Below are positions 56,231-64,000 of a stretch of DNA of 64,000 nucleotides, in pieces. Under the pieces are notes generated by a model. The model was not told the origin of the DNA. It made no database searches and was given only the letters and a program-made list of their open reading frames with translations. Position 1 is the first letter of the stretch, and every line of letters begins with the position of its first letter. Source of the stretch: Lama guanicoe (Eukaryota); the NCBI GenBank assembly GCA_013239625.1, contig MU053652.1, positions 3,523,902 through 3,587,901 of the forward strand. Reading direction: 5' to 3'. Position numbers and translations under genes: made by a program.

Positions 56231-56881
56231 AACTGGCTCTGATTTCTGGCTATTACCAAGGGAATGTAGAAACAAAAAATTCTCAGTACTCTATATGCTG
56301 GTGGGTAGACATGGTGGTGGAAATTTGTGGACATTCTCTTCTGATTGCTTTCACTACTTAAGCGAAATAGGAAATAAAGACATCAGCAGACAGGGAGGAT
56401 GGATTCAAAGAGGCACTGAAGGTTTGGGAGAGAGATTATGAAATAGTCATCTATGCAAGTAGGAGAGGAGGTAGACTAGGGAAATGTAATATGATTACTG
56501 GGCAGAATTAATGGCTTACTTGAGGTCAACAATATAAAGAGAGACAAATCAGCATGTGTGCATTTTTCTTTCACCATATTCAGCTGAAAGTGTGCAGGAG
56601 CAGAGAGGTGAAAAGTTTGAACTCAATTGTGATCGAGGTTTTGCCAAATGAGTACTACAAAGCAAGAAAGGTTCAAGGAAACTGAGAATACATTCAAGAG
56701 AATGTATAATTTTTAGCTTATTTATTTTGCTTTTCATTATAACATTATCAAACATAATCATGGAAAGAATAACATAATGAGCCCCTGTGCATATGTCACC
56801 TAAACCCAACAATTAAAAACATTTTGCGATCTTTTTTCATCTATTCCTCCTCATATTTTCTCCTCCTTCGGATTTTTAATT

Positions 56882-56930
56882 TCTGTATGCTAAGCATGTG
56901 CTCTACCATTGAGCAATTCCCCCATCCCCA
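56882..56930 (-). mobile_element. Partial Vic-1-like SINE head
   Basis: tgtatgctaagcatgtgctctaccattgagc is the reverse of the SINE A-box region. Confidence 0.7.
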
Positions 56931-57919
56931 CCCTCAGAATTTTAAAGCAACTCCCAGACATCATACTAGTTCACCCATAAATACCTCAAGATGTATCTCC
57001 TATAAGTAAGGACTTTTTAAAAACCATAATCACAATGCCATTATCACAAATAACAAAACTAGCAATAAGTCTTTAATATTAACTAATTCTCAGTCCCTAT
57101 TCAAATTTTGCAAAAGAATGATGATAATGATTGGCAATTAACTTAAGCTGGCTAAGGAGAGAAGAAATATGGCAGGTAGTGGAGTGAGGGACAATGTAAA
57201 GGCTTGATCAGCAAGCTGAAGGTCCTAGTGGGTGGGTATATTACTGGAGTTAGGAGCCCACACAGAGTGAGCTGAAGGGTCGGGATGGTCCTACTTTCAT
57301 CTTTGCCCATTTCTCAGTGACATCAGTCATCTTTGTTGATTTTATGAGACAAACTCCTTCCAGTCTGGGCTGCTGGGAAATTCTGTGCAGATCTCTTTCC
57401 CACAATCTCATCTATTTTAGCTCCAGCATTGATACTCTCAGGAGAATGTGCAGACTGAATTAGGTCCTTCTTTTTATACCCTTGGTACTTCTTTGGAGCA
57501 CTTATAAGTTCAAAACTGCAGGAAAACTTTTTTTTTTAACGTCTAATTCTACTAAAAACTACGTCTCCTTTGTTCACTGCTGTCATTGCCAGCGTCGAGG
57601 GCAGCGTCAGTAGGATACCCTCAATAAGTATTTTTTGGACAAAGCAGGGAGGGAGTGTTTGATAATGTCAAATACCAGTCTTCTAGACCCACCTGTAATG
57701 GGGCTTCTAAGAAGGGTTCTAAACTATTTACTCTCAAGTGACGGTCAGCATTTCCTCACATTTAAAAAGCTATAACTTAGGAGGGCCTTATGAGTTAATT
57801 ACTTTAAGACTAAATGGGGCCCCTCACCCCTGCTTGAATTCGGAGACAGCGCTCTAAAAACCCCTTATTAACCCAAATATGCTCATGCATAAAGGAAATG
57901 ACTAATCTAGGTATCTAAC

Positions 57920-58530
57920 CAGAGCCCTGCCGTGATGGTTTACCTCTTTCTAAAATGAGGGTTTCTAAGATGGCCAAGAAAGGCTGAGTCCCGCAGTCAG
58001 ACTCGGCAGGTCGCGTGGGCAAACGCGCTGGAGGCCGCCTCCAGGGGAGGATCTTAAACACCCAGAACGGAAGTTCCTGAGTCTTCACACCCGCGGGAAG
58101 CAACTCGGCGATGGACCAAGATGGCGGCGCCCAGTGAGGGGCCGGCGTTTGCCGCGGGGGTCGAAAAGAATTGGAGTGCGGTTGTTCGCTCCCCCGAAGG
58201 GACTCCCCAGAAAGTCCGGCAGCTAATAGATGAGGGGATTGCTCCAGAAGAGGGAGGTGCCGAGACGTGAGTCTGCGAGTCCACCATGGGTCTGGCGACG
58301 GCAGTTGGACAGGGTTTGGGGAACGCGGGCCAGAGGGGATACCCTGGGTCCGTAACTCGGGTCATGGGGATACTTTCGTCTCGGGATCTCAAAGAGACTG
58401 GGGTTACTACTTAGTTGACTTTAATGTCCTACTCGGGAGGTACTGAATTCCGCACCGCAAGCGGAATTTTGCCACAAGATGGGTTTTTGCGGGGAAGGAA
58501 AAAAAAGGACCGCTGAGTATGCGCACCTAA
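57920..58530. promoter_or_regulatory. CpG island / promoter of ZC3HC1
   Basis: CpG-rich segment. ETS-type CGGAAGT at 58068; YY1-type CAAGATGGCGGC at 58117-58128 overlapping the ATG. Confidence 0.88.
58121..58266 (+). CDS. ZC3HC1: ZC3HC1 (NIPA) coding exon 1 (146 nt coding)
   Basis: ATG GCG GCG CCC AGT... = MAAPSEGPAFAAGVEKNWSAVVRSPEGTPQKVRQLIDEGIAPEEGGAE(T), ending AC|gtgagt. Matches recalled NIPA N-terminus. Confidence 0.95.
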
Positions 58531-58536
58531 CTTAGT

Positions 58537-59005
58537 TGGGATTCCTAACCTTTTTTGAGCCCTAAAAACCTTTGGCAGCCAGGTAAACCTTATGAACACC
58601 TTCTTAGAATTATATTTTTTAAGTGCATAAAGTAAATTACATAGGATTATAAAGGAAACAAATTACGTTGGAATGCAGTTATTAAGATAGTGAAAGAAAA
58701 AGAGTTATACGGTAAAACCGCAAAGATTAAAGAGTTAAATAATATCTAGTATTATACCTATTATCTACCATAATTTTGAAGTAGTAATGAACATAAATGG
58801 TATTTCGAAACAAGTGAAACAACCATAATGTGGTGACAAAATACTTGTAATTTCCACTGGTGACAAATTTACAGGTACTGCTGATGTTACTATGGCTTTT
58901 TAGATTACCTTTGTTCATAATGGAAGGCAATGCTCCATTTCAGTTAGGGGTTACTAAAGTTAATGTCATTTTTTTTCCACCCAAGTTTATGGATCCTCTG
59001 AACTT
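58537..59005 (+). mobile_element. hAT-Charlie element (Charlie4a-like) in ZC3HC1 intron 1
   Basis: Similar to 51409-51820 (aagtgcataaagtaaattacataggattataaaggaaac). Confidence 0.65.
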
Positions 59006-59752
59006 TTTTCCAAGAAGCACATCTCCTTCAGGCTCTCTCTGACTCTTAAAAGGATTCTTAGAATAAATTAACTTCTTTTGAGTTACATTGTTGGTGTAAT
59101 TCTAATTTTAGTTAAATTACTTTTGTCTTCAGCAGTTCCTCCCTCTATCCCTTCTCAGGAGCTGTTGAAATGCCTTTCGTGGAAAATAAAAGAATTGTTC
59201 TGCTGGGGTTTTTCTCCTCCCTGGATTTTTTTCATGAAATATCCTACAGGTCTTTTACTTTGATTTAAATTTTCAAATTAGTTCTTTTGGGGGAAGAGAG
59301 GGATCAAGGGTCAATCCAGGTAGAAATATCAAAATTGTTTTTTGCTGTTAAAAGTGTTGAATATCTAAGGTGATTCAAATTGTATAATGCACAGAAGCCT
59401 GAGTCTTATTTTGTGTTTACTGAAGTTGTGCAAAATACTATTGGAGAACAGTAAGTGAGGTGGAAGAACAGTTTGCCTGTATAGGATTAGTCGAGCTTGG
59501 TGAAGGTAGAAATTGCTTGAAACTTAGATTTGACCAACCTGTGAAGAGATTTGGATGCCAGACGAAAGAATTTGGATTCTATTTAGTAAGTATTTTGAAA
59601 CCATTGAAAATGTTAAGCAGAGAAATGACATGACTGAAATGAATTTTAGGAAGGTTAAAATCCAATGTGGTGTGCAGAGAAGCTAGATAGAAAATGTTTA
59701 GGCAAAGTAATGCTGTGAAAGGATTACCAACAATTCTGCCACTTTATTTTAG

Positions 59753-59864
59753 GAAGGACACATCTGCCACATTCCAGTCAGTTAATGGATCACCCCAGGC
59801 AGAAGACCCTCCATTGGAATCTACAAGCAAAGAAGCCTTCTTCAGCAGAGTGGAAACATTTTCT
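59753..59864 (+). CDS. ZC3HC1: ZC3HC1 coding exon 2 (112 nt)
   Basis: actttattttag|G AAG GAC ACA... = KDTSATFQSVNGSPQAEDPPLESTSKEAFFSRVETFS, followed by the U12 donor ATATCCTTT. 146+112=258 nt, phase 0. Confidence 0.95.
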
Positions 59865-60089
59865 ATATCCTTTTTTAGTTCATGTGAATTGCACTTTCTG
59901 CCTGCTTCTGGAATTGTTATTCTCCCAGGAATAACACCCCTTACTCTGATATTTTAATTCTTAGAATTAGACTTGGGTGAGACATTTTTTAAGGAATATT
60001 AGCATTATAAAATGTTATCCCAAAAGGGACATTTGAAATCTAACATTTTCTTTTTTAAAGAAAAAACTAAAAGCCTGAGAGAAGAAAGA

Positions 60090-60320
60090 ATAATAACTAA
60101 CATTTTGATAATGTGCCTTCACATATATTATCACACTTGATCTTCACCTTAAACCTACAGAAATAGGTATTGTTATTCTCATTTTACAGAAGAGGAAACA
60201 GTTTCAGGTAGGTGATGTGACTTACCTAGGGTCAACCTGCTAGCAGATGGCAGAGCCAGGATTATAGCGTAAGGCTCTTGGCACCCAAACGTAATGTTTT
60301 TTGAGACGATACGACACTTC
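60090..60320 (-). mobile_element. MIR SINE in the U12 intron
   Basis: attttacagaagaggaaacag...gtgacttacctagggtca. Confidence 0.75.
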
Positions 60321-60347
60321 CTGTCTCTTTGAAGATTTTCCTCTCTA

Positions 60348-60810
60348 TGTTAGTTATCTGTAGTTGCATAACAAATTACCCTAAAACTTAGTGGCTTAAA
60401 CCCACAAGGACTTATTATCTCACATCTCTGTGGATCAGGAATCCAGGCACAGCTTGGCTAAGTCCTGGCTCAGGGTCTCTCTCAGATGTAGTCAAGATGT
60501 TGACTAGGGCTGCAGTCATCTCAGGGCTAGACTAGGAAAGGATCCACTTCCAAGCTCACTCATGTGGTTGCTGGCCAGATGAATTTCCTCATGGCTGTTG
60601 GATTGAAGGTTTCATTTCTATCCTGGCTATTGGCTGGAGACCTCACTATGTTGCTTGCTGTGTGGGCCCCTCCACGGGGGCAGTTTACCTCATGGCGGTG
60701 GGCTTCCATCAGAGTGAGCAAGCAAGAGAGAGCAAGATAGTAGCTAGATTCTTTTTGTAACCTAATCTCAAGTGACATCACATCACTTTTGCCATTTTCT
60801 ATTCACTGGA
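60348..60810 (-). mobile_element. MaLR LTR (MLT1F-like) in the U12 intron
   Basis: gcataacaaattaccctaaaacttagtggcttaaac...ggatccacttccaagctcactcatgtgg. Confidence 0.8.
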
Positions 60811-61837
60811 GTATTTGGGTTTTGGGTTTGGTGTTTTTTTTTTTTTTGATAATTATAGACTTAGAGAAAGGTTACCCAGGTTACAAAAAAACTTCCTTCT
60901 GAGTATGCAGAAGTAAATTGCCAAAGTAATACCTCATTACCCCCAAATATTTCCCACAAACAAGGACTTTGTCTTACATAACCACAATTAAACCATCAAA
61001 ACTAGGAAGTTCACATGATAAATTACTGCCATCTAACCCTCAGACCATAATCATTTCATCACTTGTCCTAATATTCTTTACAACAAAAGGATTCAGTTGA
61101 GAATGCTCAATTTTTTCCTTCAATTTCATGACCTTGATACTTTTAAAGATTATAGGCCAGTTATTGTGTAGAATATGTGTGTGTACTTGTCTGATGTTTC
61201 ATTATGATTAGATTCAGTTTATGCAGGAGCATCATAGAAGTGATACTGTGTTCTCATTGCATCCTGTCAGGTGGCACATTATTCTGATCTATCCCATTAC
61301 TAGGGATGATCATTTTGATCAACTGATTAAGGGAGTATCTGTCAGTCTTTTCCACTGTGAAGTAACTCTTTCCTCCTTGGTAATTAAACTTTTAGTGGGG
61401 GCTGCTATGAAACTATGATCCCATTCCTCATCAAACTTTTTTTTAAACTTACTTGTAGCAGCATAGGCTTATGATTTCCTTTTTTATTCATTGGGTTATA
61501 ATCCATTACTGTTACATAAATTTTGACACTCCAGTTGTCCCTGATTTGGTGAGTGGGAGCCCCATTAGATGCTCTTTTTACCCGACTTGGCTCCAGCACC
61601 CCAAAGTGGGCCCACCCCTGTGTGGACTCCCTCTTCACCCAACTTGGGTTTTGATTCCCAGCACTGAGCTGCCTCTCCCCACCCTCCTGTTTCTGTCCTC
61701 TGCCTTACTCACCACATGATGGCTTTAGGACAGAATTGCTCAAGAAGGGGAAGGTTTTTAACCATCCTTCTACTGCTGTTCCTTGGATTAATTCCTGACA
61801 TTGATACAGCATTTAGAACTATTTCCTTTTGTGGTAT

Positions 61838-61862
61838 TGTTGTTGTTGTTGTTGTTGTTGTT
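61838..61862. repeat. (GTT)n microsatellite
   Basis: About 8 tandem gtt units. Confidence 0.9.
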
Positions 61863-62234
61863 CCTATAGGTATAAATTGATTGCCACTTTGGATATTTAA
61901 CTTAAGCTAGTTAAGTGATTCTGTTACTTTTATTCTAACAATCCCAGCTCCTTTAACATTTACATCTAAATTCTGTTTCTAGCCTTCAGTCTCCTTCTGC
62001 TGATGTTGGAATGTTTTCAAAATCCCATTATCCCTTATAAAAATATAGAAATTTCCTTGATCTTCATTCATGTTTTATCTTTTATTTTTCCCCTGTGCTC
62101 TGTAAAACAAGAGCTCTATAGATAAAAGAAAAAGCTGAGTGTTGAACATTAGAGATCAGTAAATGTTTTAGGACATTTTCCCAAGCACACATTCATGGAT
62201 GACCTTGATGTTCTTGGTCTATTTAAGGCATATA

Positions 62235-63015
62235 GGAGAGGCTGTGGAGAAAAGGGAACCCTCCTACACTGCTGGTGGGAATGCAGTTTGGTGCAGCCAC
62301 TGTGGAAAGCAGTATGGAGATTCCTCAATCTCCATAGGAATGGACTTACCATATGACCCAGTAATCCCACTCCTGGGCATATATCCAGAAGGAACCCTAC
62401 TTCAGAAAGACACCTGCACCTCAATGTTCATAGCAGCATTATTTACAATAGCCAAGACATGGAAACAGCCTAAATGTCCATCAGCAGATGACTGGATAAA
62501 GAAGATGTGGTATATTTATACAATGGAATACTATTCAGCCATAAAAACCAACAACATAACGCCATTTGCAGCAACATGGATGTTCCTGGAGAATGTCATT
62601 CTAAGTAAAGTAAGCCAGAAAGAGAAAGAAAAATACTATGAAATCACACATATGTGGATTCTAAAAAAAAGAAAGAAGAAGAACATAAATACAAAACAGA
62701 AACAGAATCATAGACATAGAATACAAACTTGTGGTTGCCAAGGGGTAGGGGGTGGAAAAGGATAGACTGGGAGTTCAAAATTTGTAGATACTGACAGGCA
62801 TATGTAGACTAGATAAACAAGATTATACCGTATAGCACAGGGAAATATATACAAGATCTTGTGGTAGCTCACAGCAAAAAAAAAAAATGTGACAATGAAT
62901 ATATGTATGTTCATGTATAACTGAAAAATCATGCTCTACACTGGAATTTGACACATTGTAAAATGACTATAACTCAATTAAAAATGTTTAAAATAAAATA
63001 AAATACTAAAAAAAA
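62235..63015 (+). mobile_element. Young 5'-truncated LINE-1, sense orientation within the U12 intron
   Basis: Near-identical to 54394-55151; ORF 62199..62765 carries the ORF2 C-terminal motifs. Confidence 0.95.
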
Positions 63016-63562
63016 GAGTATATACTACATGCACACATTAGTATATAGCAGTCAAATTTTGAGGTGGGAGGAATAATGGATATTATTAGTTTTACTGACT
63101 TTCTTCTTCAGAAGGTAAAAGTAGATGTGATACAGTGGTAGAGCATAGATGAGAGAGAAAATATTTCTGCTTGTTTGACTTCCACCATTCCTTGTTGCTC
63201 ACACATATCCCAGTGCTTTCCCTAGTGTTTTAAAATCCCTAGTATTTCACATTAAGCAAAAGTGAATCACTTCTATACCCTACCCCACAACCAGTAATTT
63301 TTTAAAAAATTTTAAACATATGAAATACATAGGACTTCCTAGTGAAAAAGTTCACAACTGTTTTCCCTCCACTTGTTACTCAAATGACCATCATTCTGTG
63401 AAGCATGTGCCTATGATTAAAAATAGTTAACACTTTTCATATTGCTTTTCCTCTTAAGTTAATGTGTTTATTCCTATATACGTGAAGAATAACTTAAAGT
63501 TTTGATTTCTGACCTGTTCATTTTAATGTACTTGGCGGTGTTGATTTTCTTAACATGAATAC

Positions 63563-63713
63563 TCTTTAAAATGGGCGGGTAAGCCCCCTGAGCTGTCCCC
63601 TCTTGTCTGTGCAAAATACGGCTGGGTCACAGTTGAGTGTGATATGCTGAAGTGCTCCAGCTGTCAGGCTTTTCTCTGTGCCAGCTTACAGCCAGCTTTT
63701 GATTTTGACCGAT
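63563..63713 (+). CDS. ZC3HC1: ZC3HC1 coding exon 3 (151 nt), part of the C3HC zinc finger
   Basis: TCT TTA AAA TGG... = SLKWAGKPPELSPLVCAKYGWVTVECDMLKCSSCQAFLCASLQPAFDFDR, ending T|gtaagt. Contains GW and CxxC motifs. Confidence 0.96.
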
Positions 63714-64000
63714 GTAAGTATAAAGTACGAATTACATTTTTCTCCATATTCAAAAGATCTCTATACTAGTTCTTCTGAAAAGACCAGTCACTTGTGTTTG
63801 ATCAAAGATTGTGTACTTCTATAAATAAGCAGTGAATTTGTGATTGCCTTCACTCTAATTATTAGCTTCAGTCATTACTTTTTTAAAAAAGCTTAGCTGC
63901 TTTTACAGTAAACCTGTTTATGTGTTCTGGGAAAATAACAGCAGGGTGTTTTGCTTTATGATTCCGAAATCTATGCTGAGGCAGAGAGACACAGGACTTT

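Larger units (their letters stand above)
59865..63562 (+). other. ZC3HC1: U12-type (minor spliceosome) AT-AC intron 2 of ZC3HC1
   Basis: 5' end ATATCCTTT; branch site TTTCTTAAC at 63546-63554; terminal TAC at 63560-63562; no polypyrimidine tract between branch and acceptor. Splicing restores ...ETFS|SLKWAGKP... Confidence 0.95.

Noticed and set aside
42042..58121. Shared bidirectional promoter for KLHDC10 and ZC3HC1
   Set aside because: The genes are divergent but about 16 kb apart, each with its own CpG island, separated by repeat-rich DNA.
58054..58392. 112-aa antisense ORF over ZC3HC1 exon 1
   Set aside because: Expected by chance in a GC-rich island; no recognisable protein similarity.
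59694..59957. Stand-alone 87-aa ORF
   Set aside because: It is ZC3HC1 exon 2 plus read-through into flanking intron sequence.
62199..62765. 188-aa ORF as a nested gene (also 54398..54820 and 53045..53512)
   Set aside because: These are LINE-1 ORF2 C-terminal remnants or their antisense frames, with no promoter or RT domain.

Overview
This is mammalian genomic DNA, most likely a camelid (alpaca/llama/camel), inferred from tRNA-derived Vic-1-like SINEs and a lineage-type LINE-1 3' end. Two genes lie head-to-head with start codons about 16 kb apart. KLHDC10 is on the minus strand (coding exons 1-5; 41874-42042, 17639-17725, 2945-3166, 1411-1565, 109-257) and continues off the left edge. ZC3HC1/NIPA is on the plus strand (coding exons 1-3; 58121-58266, 59753-59864, 63563-63713) and continues off the right edge. 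The rest is intron or intergenic DNA dense in L1, L2, MIR, SINE, MaLR/ERV LTR and DNA-transposon fossils. I find no new multi-gene system. The most interesting signals concern RNA processing: a U12-type AT-AC intron in ZC3HC1 carrying a sense-strand L1 3' end, a KLHDC10 exon 2 that starts with GTAAGA (recursive-splice architecture), a strong-Kozak out-of-frame uORF overlapping the ZC3HC1 start, a GC-rich dodecamer repeat in the KLHDC10 promoter, and a five-tract G-quadruplex motif in KLHDC10 exon 1. Gene and repeat-family names come from recalled sequences, not database searches, and repeat boundaries are approximate unless TSDs are given.
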